A stretch of DNA of 64,000 bases, from contig CAZJBV010000004.1 of the NCBI GenBank assembly GCA_964544585.1, forward strand, positions 5,169 to 69,168, written 5' to 3'. Below, one piece after another: positions 8,958 through 19,040 of this stretch. How positions within the stretch are numbered: position 1 is the stretch's first letter; the number at the start of each line of letters is the position of its first letter. The notes beneath the pieces are model-generated. The model did not search any database, was not told the origin of the DNA, and worked only from the letters and a program-made list of their open reading frames with translations. The DNA is from an uncultured Gammaproteobacteria bacterium. GTDB lineage: Bacteria > Patescibacteriota > Microgenomatia > 2-02-FULL-39-11. The position numbers and the translations under genes were made by a program.

Positions 8958-10856
8958 CTAATAAAAAGGGTAAAATACCCATTCTATAAAAATATTATTT
9001 TCAAAAGGTTGAGGACCATTGTGGCGAAACCGTATCTCCAAAACGTCCTCTCCTTCCAAATTCTTTGAAAGCTTCTCAATATAAGGATCAACCCATACAC
9101 CAGAAGACATATTATCTACAACCAATCTATGAGTCACCTCACGATTTTGCAAACGATAATCTATATACGCTTCTGTTTCCTTCCAAATATATCTCAAAAG
9201 TCTACCAAAAGGCGTATATCCGGCGTAAACGTTTGCTCTTAAAACTCCCTGGTCAACCTCTTTAACTTTAATCCACTCATTCCACAACCCTAAAGTTCTC
9301 CCGATAATAACGGGCTTCTTAAAATGCAGAAAATTGTTTTTTTTCAAAAGAGCCACTGAAGAATCAATCAATTCTACATTATAATTATTAAAAATCGCCA
9401 TTATTGTATTTGGCTCATCATTTAATATATATCTTCCGTCGATACTTTCCATTTTCCCATATGTCTCCCAATTGTAGTGAAAAATGACAAATTCAGGCGC
9501 GACAGGCGAGGTAAAAAATGCTTCATTGCGTTTATCAAGCCAAGGCGTACTGACAATATACGACTGAAATACAGGACGTGGTTTCCAGGACAAATTATTT
9601 GCAGGTATGTATGATAACTCAAAGGGATAAGTATCAACTTCTTTATTTTTGATTCCTTCTTTGATTTGATCTGAAAGAACTGATTGAGGTAAGTTAACAA
9701 TACTAATATTTTGTAAGAAAGCAAAACGTTCATTATACTTAATTACAGATTCATAAAAATTGATAAATCCATTAAGATGTAAAAATCTATCTGCAATTTT
9801 AGATAAATCAAAAGGATAAGCTGGAAAAGTTACCAGAATATTAGCAAAAAGAATCACCAAAGATAAAATAATTAAACTTAAAACTTTTAATGCAACCCTC
9901 CCTATATAAATCAAAAATAGGAAAAAAAATATTAATATAAAATCCCAAAAATATAATACATGGTGAATATCTTCCCTCGAATATCCATATTTTGCTATTG
10001 CATACAATGTTGGAATAAATAAAAGATAATAAAAGATAACTTTCTTAGATCGCCATAAAAAAGGAACTCCGAAAAAAGATACTACGAACAGAAGATGCAA
10101 AAACCAATTTTCATTCTGACTTATTGTCATCGCCGAAGAATTACTTGAAGCTATTTCAAACCTGCTTAGGATAAAAGTTCCAATTCCAGAAAAAGTCCTG
10201 TTGGAAACTACCCAAAATATTAAAAAAAAGTAAATAAATCCTACAATTATAAATATCAACTCAATTATTTTCCGCCTCTTTCTAAAATGAGGAATAATCT
10301 CAAACAAAATAAAACTAAGAAGTATTAAAATCGATGAGACTGCAGAAGGCATCATGGTAAGAGTCGCAAATGCACTAACTCCAGTTCCAATCACTAAATA
10401 CCGTATTGATCCTGTCTCTTTGTAATACAATAAAGCCATAGCTACAGTGAACGGCAGCATGTACATGAAAAGATAGCGAAATTCTACAAATGACGAAAGT
10501 ATCAATACTAAAACGGCCAGAATTATCACGCGAATAGGTGTACCTTCGTTTGCTTCACCCAATTTAAGAGCCAAATAAATAAAAATTATTTTAATTATGC
10601 TAAATACAGCAATTGCAATGACTAAATTATTTCCTATAGCTTGAGGAAACATAAGAAACCCAAGTGGACCATAAGAAAAAATAATATCCTTTCCAACTAC
10701 CGCACCCTGATCAAATAAATAATTCAATGCCCATATATAAGAATGATCCAAACCTGGCTGAGCCGAAAAACCAATTAATGGAAAAGTCAAAAAAAAGATA
10801 ACTATTGTAGCTAAAAATAAAAAATTTCTTTTAAAAGCCAATAAAATTTGCTTCAT
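8958..10856 (-). CDS. Large membrane protein with N-terminal multi-TM region and ~250-aa C-terminal soluble domain; putative glycosyltransferase/polymerase
   Basis: 632 aa. TM-rich first ~380 aa then a hydrophilic domain. Family not recognised. Confidence 0.35.
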   Translation of the reverse strand: MKQILLAFKRNFLFLATIVIFFLTFPLIGFSAQPGLDHSYIWALNYLFDQGAVVGKDIIFSYGPLGFLMFPQAIGNNLVIAIAVFSIIKIIFIYLALKLGEANEGTPIRVIILAVLVLILSSFVEFRYLFMYMLPFTVAMALLYYKETGSIRYLVIGTGVSAFATLTMMPSAVSSILILLSFILFEIIPHFRKRRKIIELIFIIVGFIYFFLIFWVVSNRTFSGIGTFILSRFEIASSNSSAMTISQNENWFLHLLFVVSFFGVPFLWRSKKVIFYYLLFIPTLYAIAKYGYSREDIHHVLYFWDFILIFFFLFLIYIGRVALKVLSLIILSLVILFANILVTFPAYPFDLSKIADRFLHLNGFINFYESVIKYNERFAFLQNISIVNLPQSVLSDQIKEGIKNKEVDTYPFELSYIPANNLSWKPRPVFQSYIVSTPWLDKRNEAFFTSPVAPEFVIFHYNWETYGKMESIDGRYILNDEPNTIMAIFNNYNVELIDSSVALLKKNNFLHFKKPVIIGRTLGLWNEWIKVKEVDQGVLRANVYAGYTPFGRLLRYIWKETEAYIDYRLQNREVTHRLVVDNMSSGVWVDPYIEKLSKNLEGEDVLEIRFRHNGPQPFENNIFIEWVFYPFY

Positions 10857-12487
10857 TTGGTAAACTTATAAATCCGAAACTCTTCAAGAGATGTGGTCAA
10901 TATCGCCCAAGGAAGAAAGCGATCGCCAGTTGCATAGTATCCCCTCGGAGCAACTAACGAATCCGTCAAAGTCCGAAATACGGTCAAAATATTATGTGGT
11001 ACTTCTTCCGGGGTTATATATTGTAAATATTGCTGATGATTTGGATTTATATACTGCGTTTCAGTAGATGGTAAGACTAAATAGTCTCCGTTTAAAAATT
11101 CAGACCTCCACGTATCATATTGCATCATACCCTCTTTTCTTGCATACCACTGCCATCCCCAATGACCGGCAAAAAATATAGAAGTAAAATCTCCTTTTTG
11201 TTGTTGAAACGTCTTTACAGATTGCAATAATCTAGGCGCATAATTTCTGTATACATCAGCAGTAATCCAGTCAGAAATTGCCAATATTATTCCCAAAAAT
11301 AAAGTCAGAAAACATGCGAAAAGCACCACTGGTTTCGACAAATGAACATAAAGAACACTTCCTAAAATAAGAAGAACTACTGGAATCACGATAAGTACAT
11401 GCCGTACCGCCATAAAGGGAACAAAAATACTCATCACAATCGATCCTCCCAAAAACCAGAAAAAAAGGATAATATATGGGATATTCTTTTCTTCAGAGAA
11501 ATGGGATTTGATCCGCCGGAATATAAAGAAAAAGTAATACAATAAAAGACTAATAAGAAAAATACCATTTGCAAGGAATGCAAGACGAAGAATATAACTT
11601 GAAGTTGGCTCCCCACTAAATATCCAGTTAGCTTGGGAATAAAATATTGAAAAAACGATACTTCCAATAAGTATTATTGCGCGTCTATCAAAAAGACAAA
11701 ATGGTACCAATACAAGCGTAAAAGGACTCATTGATCCTATTGTTACCACAAAGAGAACTACCCATTGTCTTATCCTCTCAATTGAAATAGGTGTATTTTG
11801 TGATCCCAAAATATGTATCCCGCCATACTCCCAGTAATTAAATAAAGACCAACCAATTATAATTGCGATTGGTATCAATATAACCCAAAAAAGACTCCAT
11901 CGCCGGCGAAGAATAATATCTAAACAAAGTATTGGTACAAGAATAAAACCAGAGTATTTTGTCATTGTTGCAAAACCAATCATCAAGGCTGCAAAAACGT
12001 ATCTTTTCAATGCTCCTGATTGTCCGTATGGCGTCAAAAGTGCCCAGAAAAATGCTAGCCAAAAGGCAACATTTGGCACATCCAGCATCAAATTTTGGCC
12101 TGGCAAGAAAGACGGCCCCAATATAAACATCGCCGTAAATATAAATCTATATTTGAACACAAACTGCTTTGCTAAAAGATAAAAGAATATAATGGATCCG
12201 AGAGTAAATATTGACATCAGTAGATGCATTCCAAATTCAGATATGCCAAAAATTCGAATGACAAAAGCATAAAGATATGGAATAAAAAGAGGATGATACC
12301 TATATCTAATTTGCTCGAGAGTATCAAACCAATTCAACCATCCAGACATAGGATGAAGTGGATCTTGTGCTATATGAATTGCTTCTTCGATATATGCAGT
12401 ATCATCAATATGAAGCGCTTTAGTCAGATTAAATACGGTTGCCAGAAGCCATATAAAAAAGAGTATCAGTAGGGTTTTATTAATCAT
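10853..12487 (-). CDS. ArnT/PMT_2-like GT-C glycosyltransferase (first-loop motif LHIDDTAYIEEA)
   Basis: 544 aa polytopic membrane protein with acidic D-D-T-x-Y loop motif and C-terminal soluble domain. Confidence 0.5.
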   Translation of the reverse strand: MINKTLLILFFIWLLATVFNLTKALHIDDTAYIEEAIHIAQDPLHPMSGWLNWFDTLEQIRYRYHPLFIPYLYAFVIRIFGISEFGMHLLMSIFTLGSIIFFYLLAKQFVFKYRFIFTAMFILGPSFLPGQNLMLDVPNVAFWLAFFWALLTPYGQSGALKRYVFAALMIGFATMTKYSGFILVPILCLDIILRRRWSLFWVILIPIAIIIGWSLFNYWEYGGIHILGSQNTPISIERIRQWVVLFVVTIGSMSPFTLVLVPFCLFDRRAIILIGSIVFSIFYSQANWIFSGEPTSSYILRLAFLANGIFLISLLLYYFFFIFRRIKSHFSEEKNIPYIILFFWFLGGSIVMSIFVPFMAVRHVLIVIPVVLLILGSVLYVHLSKPVVLFACFLTLFLGIILAISDWITADVYRNYAPRLLQSVKTFQQQKGDFTSIFFAGHWGWQWYARKEGMMQYDTWRSEFLNGDYLVLPSTETQYINPNHQQYLQYITPEEVPHNILTVFRTLTDSLVAPRGYYATGDRFLPWAILTTSLEEFRIYKFTK

Positions 12488-13079
12488 TAATTTTTTCCAA
12501 ATTATACCTCAAAATAATAGAGTCCAACACAGCCTTTTGCACTCGAAACCCAATTCTTTTATAAAAGCCAAAAGCGTCTTTGTTACTTTTTAAAGTATCG
12601 ACATAGAGATATCTCACTCGGAGAATAATATATTGTTTCATTATTTTATTTATCAAACTTTTTCCTACTCCCTTTTTTTGATAGTCATTTGCAACAAAAA
12701 GTGTCAGAATCGTCGCATATGGTTTAGTAAATTTAGTGACCAGAATTTTCTCGAAATGGAATTTACGATATAGCTCTGAAAGAGAAATCTTGCCCAAAAA
12801 AGTCGCCTTTAGTATCAATAAAACTGTTTTAAATGTAATCAGTGTCTTTAAAAAACTCTGCGTTTTATTCAAGTCAACAGTAGAAGTAACAACGCCAACT
12901 ATCTTCCTGTCTACTTCCGCTACATACAAGGCGTGGATATCTTCATGTTTCAATAAAGTAACATAAAGTAACTCGAGGTAGGATTCTCCTATTTTAGATG
13001 ACAATGTATTTGGCAATATCTCCAAATGAAGTCTGACTACATCCTCCAAATCTCGTATCCTAAGCAAACGGATTATCAT
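12480..13079 (-). CDS. GNAT family N-acetyltransferase
   Basis: Motif YQKKGVGKSLI (acetyl-CoA P-loop-like), 199 aa. Confidence 0.55.
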   Translation of the reverse strand: MIIRLLRIRDLEDVVRLHLEILPNTLSSKIGESYLELLYVTLLKHEDIHALYVAEVDRKIVGVVTSTVDLNKTQSFLKTLITFKTVLLILKATFLGKISLSELYRKFHFEKILVTKFTKPYATILTLFVANDYQKKGVGKSLINKIMKQYIILRVRYLYVDTLKSNKDAFGFYKRIGFRVQKAVLDSIILRYNLEKIND

Positions 13080-13822
13080 GGCATCGTACGCAAAATATGT
13101 TTTTCGGTAAGAAGTTGCATCGTCATCATCATATACTTACTTCCTCGCCGAAGATACTGCAATAGATTTTGCCCTGTCTTAGAAATGCCTTTTCTCCGAG
13201 GTAAACAAATATATGGAATTTCTACTATTTTAAATCCGTATGCAAATGATTTATATATAAAATCGATAAAGTATTCACCATAATCGCCTCGTAGCCTTAT
13301 CTTTCGAAAAACATTTTTCCTTACTGCCACAAAACCGCTCGTATAATCTCGAAAATGCCTACCCAATAAAATCTGTATGGAATAATTCATTAACCGACTC
13401 AAGAAAACCGCCAGGAGAGAATCCTTCATTCCTTCAGCCTGCTTCTTAAAAGCCCCGCCTTTCACAAATCTTGATCCGACAGCAATATCAAAACCTTTAT
13501 CTATTTTTTTCAATAACTCATTTATTAAAGATGGTGGCATGGAAAAATCACAATCCATCCAGACAATAATATTTCCTCTGGCAATATCGATTCCTCTTTG
13601 AATACTGTTTGTCAATCCCCTATTTTTTACACGCATCTCCACTAGTACGTTTTTTATTCCATATTTGTTGATATAATTGCCGACAATATTTGCCGTCCCA
13701 TCCGGAGAATTATCATCAACCACAATAATCTCTTTTTTTATTTTCACCATCTTCGTAATTTCTTTAATTAAGGGAATAATATTTTCCGCTTCATTATAAG
13801 TAGGAAGAATGATAGAAATCAT
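13076..13822 (-). CDS. Family 2 glycosyltransferase (polyprenyl-phosphate sugar synthase, DPM1/CsbB-like)
   Basis: MISIILPTYNEAENI ... VVDDNSPDGT ... D-x-D region; 248 aa without TM tail. Confidence 0.8.
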   Translation of the reverse strand: MISIILPTYNEAENIIPLIKEITKMVKIKKEIIVVDDNSPDGTANIVGNYINKYGIKNVLVEMRVKNRGLTNSIQRGIDIARGNIIVWMDCDFSMPPSLINELLKKIDKGFDIAVGSRFVKGGAFKKQAEGMKDSLLAVFLSRLMNYSIQILLGRHFRDYTSGFVAVRKNVFRKIRLRGDYGEYFIDFIYKSFAYGFKIVEIPYICLPRRKGISKTGQNLLQYLRRGSKYMMMTMQLLTEKHILRTMP

Positions 13823-14958
13823 GAAAGTATTTTTTTTATAGCCGCAACTACTGATCTTATTTGTCTTTCTGTAATTGCCAAACCCGACGGTATATAAAAA
13901 CCTCTTCGCGATAAATCATCAGATATAGGACATTTCTCCTTCTTAAAAAATCCCAAATTTCGCAAAATAGGCTGTCTATGCAAGGGTATAAAATAATCTC
14001 TTGTATCTATTCCACTCATTCGCAGTCTATTGCAAAGTTCGTCTCGAGTAATATATAATTTTTTAGTAACACGCGGCGCATACATCCAGTAAACATTTAT
14101 CACTCCCGGCAAAGAGGATGGTAGCTCTAAATTTTCTATATTTTGAAGACCTCTATTATAAAGTTGCGCCATCCAGAGCTTTTTTTTTATATAACTTTCG
14201 ACTTCTTCAAGCTGAGCCAAACCCAATGCTGCCTGTAAATTAGTCATCCTGTAATTAAAACCCAATTCTTCATGGTAAAATCGCCTTTTGGGAGAATGAG
14301 CTAAATCTTTAAGAAGTCTTGCTTTTTTTGCTATGTCTGGATTATTTGTCACAACCATTCCGCCCTCTCCTGTCGTCACAATTTTATTTCCATAAAATGA
14401 AAAACATCCAATATCTCCCAACGATCCCACTTTTTTCCATTCATACATCCTTGCATTCTCCATTTTTTTCATTTGTATTTCCGCTCCGTGCGCCTCTGCC
14501 GCATCCTCAACCACATAAAGATTATGCTTTTTAGCAATTCGGATAATTTCATTCATCTTTGCCGGATGTCCATAAAGATGGACTACCATAATTGCTTTTG
14601 TTTTCCTTGTAATTTTTTCTTCTATTAAATTTGGATCAATATTTCCAGTTGTACTTTCCACATCAACTACAACCGGATTTGCTCCCGTATATAAAACCGC
14701 ATAAGCACAAGATATGATTGTTAGATCAGGAAGTATTACTTCATCGCCTTTTCCAATACCTAAAGAAGCAAGAGCCAAGTGGAGCGCGGCAGTCCCATTT
14801 GTCGTGGAGACTCCATATTTTGTCCCTATATATGAAGAAAATGCTTCTTCAAATTCTCCTATATATTTTCCTGCAGAAGATACCCACCCTGTCTTTATAC
14901 AGTCACTAACATATCTTTGCGCATTTTTACCAATAAGAGGCTCATTTACGGGAATCAT
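13819..14958 (-). CDS. DegT/DnrJ/EryC1 family PLP-dependent sugar aminotransferase (second copy)
   Basis: Blocks TNGTAALHLAL, AIMVVHLYGHPAKM, VVEDAAEAHGAE, GDIGCFSFYGNKIVTTGEGGMVVTNN. Confidence 0.85.
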   Translation of the reverse strand: MIPVNEPLIGKNAQRYVSDCIKTGWVSSAGKYIGEFEEAFSSYIGTKYGVSTTNGTAALHLALASLGIGKGDEVILPDLTIISCAYAVLYTGANPVVVDVESTTGNIDPNLIEEKITRKTKAIMVVHLYGHPAKMNEIIRIAKKHNLYVVEDAAEAHGAEIQMKKMENARMYEWKKVGSLGDIGCFSFYGNKIVTTGEGGMVVTNNPDIAKKARLLKDLAHSPKRRFYHEELGFNYRMTNLQAALGLAQLEEVESYIKKKLWMAQLYNRGLQNIENLELPSSLPGVINVYWMYAPRVTKKLYITRDELCNRLRMSGIDTRDYFIPLHRQPILRNLGFFKKEKCPISDDLSRRGFYIPSGLAITERQIRSVVAAIKKILS

Positions 14959-14970
14959 AATAACTAAAAA

Positions 14971-15399
14971 TTAAGATCGAAAATATATCTTGGCGTGCTC
15001 TGTACCAGGGTAAGGACCCTGTTTTACCTCAAATATCTTTGTATTGGCAAGGACCTTTATTCCATGTCCCTCTTTCATCAGAAGAATGCTATCACCCGTC
15101 TTTAAAATCTTACGTGTTATGGTAAAACCCTCTTTAGTATAAAGAGTTACCAATATTTTACCTTCTTGAATTACTAAAACTTCTTGAATAGTATCTATAT
15201 TTAAAGACTTTTGCATTTTATGTATATGCGGGGAAAGAACGGTACCTTTTTTTCGCTGATGGATACCTATTTGAAAAGGATTAGAAACATCCGTAAAAAA
15301 CTTCACGCCTAATACTTGAATATTTCTTCTCAAAACCAAAGCCACAATCTGCTTTTTATGTCTTACAAACTCTACGCCTTTCATAACATATATATTCAA
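14971..15399 (-). CDS. Small cupin-fold protein (sugar ketoisomerase/epimerase-like, FdtA/RmlC-type candidate)
   Basis: 142 aa. Cupin motif 2-like G-x5-M-K-E-G-H-G-x3-L-x-N and His-rich SPHIHK. Assignment by context. Confidence 0.35.
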   Translation of the reverse strand: MNIYVMKGVEFVRHKKQIVALVLRRNIQVLGVKFFTDVSNPFQIGIHQRKKGTVLSPHIHKMQKSLNIDTIQEVLVIQEGKILVTLYTKEGFTITRKILKTGDSILLMKEGHGIKVLANTKIFEVKQGPYPGTEHAKIYFRS

Positions 15400-16361
15400 A
15401 ACCTATGCCTATATATTAACGGTTCTTTTGACAATTTATCCCAATTTTGATTCACCCACTCCACCACTTCATCGATTCCCTTCTCCAATGTAATTTCTGG
15501 CATCCATCCCAAATGTCTGATTTTACTAGAATCCAAAACATATGCTTTATCCTGCCCCAACCGATCAGAAGCAATATTGGCTGAATTTTTGAATGACACC
15601 CCCATCTTCTCACAAATCATTCTAACCAAATCTCTTATCGAAATACTTCTATCCGGTGAAATATGATATATCTCTCCATCCTTTCCCTTCAAAAGAGCAA
15701 TTAGTTCTCCGTGGCTTACATCTTTTATATGAATATATGACTTAATCGCCCTCCCACCCCCTTCAAGCGGGATTTTTATCTTTTTCTTTATTGAAATAAT
15801 TGTTTTTGGAATAATTCTAAAAGCTTGTTGACCAGGTCCATACACATTTGTTGATCTAATAAAAATAACGGGAAAATTATAATTTTTATTTATGGTCATT
15901 AAATACAAATCTACCGCAGCCTTTGATGCCGCATAAGGAGTACTTGGATTCAATTTAGTATCCTCTTTTGCTCTCCCGATTGTTGTTCCATACACTTCCG
16001 GCGTCGAAATGTGTACATATCTCTTCAAATATTTCTTCTCCTTCAAAAAATTAGCCAATGAAACGATCGCAAAACAATTAGTTTGAAAATAATGTTCGGG
16101 ATAATTCCAGCTTGAGGATACCTCCACCAATCCGGCAAAATTAATTATATACTCCGGCCGAAAATCATCAAAAAGTTCAAATAACTTTTTCCGCTGGGAA
16201 TTAAGGTCAATCTGTGCAAAACGAAAATTTTGATTTTTGATTTTTGATTTTTCTTTCGACCTGCTTACTCCGACCACTTCCCAATCCCCCTCATTTAATA
16301 AAAGATCCACAAAATGACTTCCAGAAAACGAATTACTCCCCAATACAACAATCTTTTTCAT
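15396..16361 (-). CDS. NAD-dependent epimerase/dehydratase (extended SDR; 4,6-dehydratase/reductase-like)
   Basis: Rossmann VVLGSNSFSGSHFVDLLL, YAASKAAVD (YxxxK), 321 aa. Confidence 0.75.
   Translation of the reverse strand: MKKIVVLGSNSFSGSHFVDLLLNEGDWEVVGVSRSKEKSKIKNQNFRFAQIDLNSQRKKLFELFDDFRPEYIINFAGLVEVSSSWNYPEHYFQTNCFAIVSLANFLKEKKYLKRYVHISTPEVYGTTIGRAKEDTKLNPSTPYAASKAAVDLYLMTINKNYNFPVIFIRSTNVYGPGQQAFRIIPKTIISIKKKIKIPLEGGGRAIKSYIHIKDVSHGELIALLKGKDGEIYHISPDRSISIRDLVRMICEKMGVSFKNSANIASDRLGQDKAYVLDSSKIRHLGWMPEITLEKGIDEVVEWVNQNWDKLSKEPLIYRHRF
16232..16252. repeat. (GATTTTT)x3 heptanucleotide repeat inside the SDR CDS
   Basis: Read directly; encodes KSKIKNQN. Confidence 0.8.
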
Positions 16362-17434
16362 TAAAACGGCCCTTTAAATCTTAAATCTGGCACATCCGAC
16401 GGTATTTCTTTCTTTTTTTCGATTTCCGCAGCCAAAATTCTTTTTGCTTTATCGCTTTGTACTCCCATTAAACGTAAAGCTTTCTCTAAAATATCTATAT
16501 GAGTTGGATAATAATATTCTGCCAATTTCCATGAAGTCGGAGTAGGACTATCCGGCAATGTTAGCGTCACCGGCGCCATTTTCAGGCTCGAAAAGGCATT
16601 TTTATACACCCTCGCCAAAATCTCTGAAGCAGTCCCAAAAGAAGAAAATCCTGTATCACAGACGATCAGTCTCCCGGTTTTCTTTATCGATTTTAATAAA
16701 GACTTCTCATCCAAGGGTTTAACCGTCCTTAAATCTATGACTTCTGCCTCAATACCCTCTTTTTTCAAGACATCCGCTACTCTCATACATTCTACTACCA
16801 TATATGATGTACCAACTAACGTGATATCGTTTCCCAATTTCGCTAGTCGTACGCGACCAATGTGCTCGGTATAATATTTCTCAGGCACCGCGCCTTTTAT
16901 CCCATGTAGCCATCTATGTTCTATAAAAATGACAGGATTAGGATCAACGAGAGCTGAAATTAGCATTCCCTTAGCATCAGCAGGAGTCACTGGCATAACC
17001 ACTTTCAGTCCCGGAAAATGCCCATACATCGCCTGTAAACTCTGCGAATGTTGTGCTCCCTGTCCCCATCCTCGCCCCACTATCATTCTTATAACAATTG
17101 GCACACTTTGTATTTCCCCAAACATCGAATACCACTTTGCCGCCACATTGACTATCTGATCTACAGAATATATCGAAAAGTCGACCCTCTGGTGCGTTAG
17201 GAGTGGGCGCAAACCGCGAAGTGCAGCCCCTATGCATACTCCCGTTATTCCACTCTCTGAAACAGGCATATCCATTACCCTTTTTTTGCCATATTTTTTT
17301 TGCAAACCCAATGTCGTCCCAAATATTCCCTTTGGATCAGGCACTCCTTCACCTATCACAAAGATTCTTTTATCTCGTGCCATCGCCTGATCCGTTGCTT
17401 CATAAATTGCTTGAGCGTATGTTATATTTCTCAT
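16361..17434 (-). CDS. Thiamine-diphosphate-dependent 2-oxoacid dehydrogenase E1 component, beta subunit (transketolase C-terminal-like)
   Basis: Strong collinear similarity to PdhB/AcoB: GEGV, PVSESGITGVCIGAALRGLRP, GLKVVMPVTPADAKGML, NPVIFIEH, VIDLRTVKPLD. Confidence 0.8.
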   Translation of the reverse strand: MRNITYAQAIYEATDQAMARDKRIFVIGEGVPDPKGIFGTTLGLQKKYGKKRVMDMPVSESGITGVCIGAALRGLRPLLTHQRVDFSIYSVDQIVNVAAKWYSMFGEIQSVPIVIRMIVGRGWGQGAQHSQSLQAMYGHFPGLKVVMPVTPADAKGMLISALVDPNPVIFIEHRWLHGIKGAVPEKYYTEHIGRVRLAKLGNDITLVGTSYMVVECMRVADVLKKEGIEAEVIDLRTVKPLDEKSLLKSIKKTGRLIVCDTGFSSFGTASEILARVYKNAFSSLKMAPVTLTLPDSPTPTSWKLAEYYYPTHIDILEKALRLMGVQSDKAKRILAAEIEKKKEIPSDVPDLRFKGPF

Positions 17435-18387
17435 GCGTAAACCTTTCTTAACATTTTCTTATCCGGGTACGGACTATTCTTTGCAAATTCAAAGGCTTTT
17501 TCAATCTCTCCTCCTATTTCCTTTTTCATTTCTTCAATTTCCAAAGTAGTTAAAATTTTTTTTTCAAGAATATAGTTAGTAAAAAGTTTAATTGGGTCCT
17601 TTTTTTGCCACAATCTGATTTCTTTCTCTGGCCTATATCCAGGTGGATCATAAAGATGGCCACAGTGCTCCAAATATCTATACGTTGTCAACTCTACAAA
17701 CACCGGCTTTTTTTCTTTTTTTACATAAGCCAAAGCCTTCCCACCCACGTTATAGACCTCCATTACATCATTTCCGTCTCCCGAAAAAGTTTTTATTCCC
17801 ATGCCTTTAGCCCGTGGCCAAATGGAAATGCTTGGCTGCCTATCCAAAATATGAGTCGATATGGAATATAAATTATTCTCGCAAATAAAAAGAATTGGAA
17901 TATTTCTTAAAACTGCAAAATTGACGCTCTCAAAAAATACCCCTTGTTCAGTCGCCGCATCGCCAAAAAAGACGGCTCCTACAGTGTCATTTCCCTTCAA
18001 TGTCTCCGCCCAAACGGCTCCGACTGCCAAAGGTATAGTTTCGGAAACAATAGGAATCGCCCCACAAAAATTAACCGAAAGATCAATCAGGTGTTGCGAC
18101 CCTCCTATCCCCCCACTACAACCAGTTGCCTTTCCATAAAGTTCCGCAACCATCGCCTTAAGGTCTCCACCTTTTGCCAAATAATGGCCATGCGATCTGT
18201 GATAAGAAAAAACAATGTCCTTTTGCCGAAGGTGGAAAGAGATTCCAGTAGCTATTGCTTCTTGTCCTATATACAAATGGGTCGGGCATCTTATTTCCTG
18301 TTTTTTATATTCCTCGGCAATTCCCTCTTCCACCATCCTTATCCTGAGAAGCTGATAAAAAAGTTTTTTAATAATTTTATTTGTCAT
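17431..18387 (-). CDS. Thiamine-diphosphate-dependent dehydrogenase E1 component, alpha subunit
   Basis: E1_dh motifs YRSHGHYLAKG, GGSQH, FFGDAATEQGVFFESVNFA, ICENNLYSIST. It overlaps the beta subunit by 4 nt. Confidence 0.8.
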   Translation of the reverse strand: MTNKIIKKLFYQLLRIRMVEEGIAEEYKKQEIRCPTHLYIGQEAIATGISFHLRQKDIVFSYHRSHGHYLAKGGDLKAMVAELYGKATGCSGGIGGSQHLIDLSVNFCGAIPIVSETIPLAVGAVWAETLKGNDTVGAVFFGDAATEQGVFFESVNFAVLRNIPILFICENNLYSISTHILDRQPSISIWPRAKGMGIKTFSGDGNDVMEVYNVGGKALAYVKKEKKPVFVELTTYRYLEHCGHLYDPPGYRPEKEIRLWQKKDPIKLFTNYILEKKILTTLEIEEMKKEIGGEIEKAFEFAKNSPYPDKKMLRKVYA

Positions 18388-19016
18388 TTAAATGGTACAG
18401 CTCTATTTTTACTTCTCTTTCCTTCATGTTTAACGAGCGAAATCCAAGAAGTCATAATATGGTCAACCACAAGCTGTATGTCCTCACATGGACCATAATG
18501 ACGACTTTTAGTAATAATTGCCTCATCAACCATCTTCCCCAATTTTCCTCCGGTAGTAAACCCCAAAATTCCTACCGTCGTCGCTCGACACTTTTTGGCA
18601 TATTTTATTGCCCGGATTAGATTCGGACTATTTCCTGATCCTGATAGAGCCAAAACCACATCCCCCCTCTCTATCAGATTTCTAAGTTGCTGCACAAAAA
18701 TATCCTCAAACGAAAGATCATTGCCATACGCAGTCAACGTCGCCACATTATCAGTCAGACTATAGACTCTCAAACGCTTTTCTTTCTGATCATAAACTCG
18801 CCTCAATGTTCCTTTGGAAAGATCACACGCCATATGAGACGCAGTTGCTGCACTCCCGCCGTTTCCTATTATAAATACCTTTTTATCTCCTTTATAAGCT
18901 CTTAAAAGTATATTAATTACTTTCTCAATCTGTTTTTTATCAAGACTATCAAGCGTCTTCTTCAATTCTTCTATATACCTGTCAATAAAAGTCACAAGTC
19001 TTAATTTCTTTGGCAT
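18384..19016 (-). CDS. gmhA: SIS-domain sedoheptulose-7-phosphate isomerase (GmhA-like)
   Basis: FIIGNGGSAATASHMACDL and ALSGSGNSPNLIRAIKYAKK match the GmhA signature; 210 aa. Confidence 0.7.
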   Translation of the reverse strand: MPKKLRLVTFIDRYIEELKKTLDSLDKKQIEKVINILLRAYKGDKKVFIIGNGGSAATASHMACDLSKGTLRRVYDQKEKRLRVYSLTDNVATLTAYGNDLSFEDIFVQQLRNLIERGDVVLALSGSGNSPNLIRAIKYAKKCRATTVGILGFTTGGKLGKMVDEAIITKSRHYGPCEDIQLVVDHIMTSWISLVKHEGKRSKNRAVPFK

Positions 19017-19040
19017 ACATAAGGCAGGATCTTAAATTAA

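Noticed and set aside
17281-17301. Homopolymeric T7/T8 and A9/T9 tracts inside CDS (17281-17301, 46975-46983, 51990-52000) as phase-variation sites
   Set aside because: Poly-A/T tracts of this length are expected by chance at this AT content and are far less specific than the heptamer arrays. They are noted but not scored.
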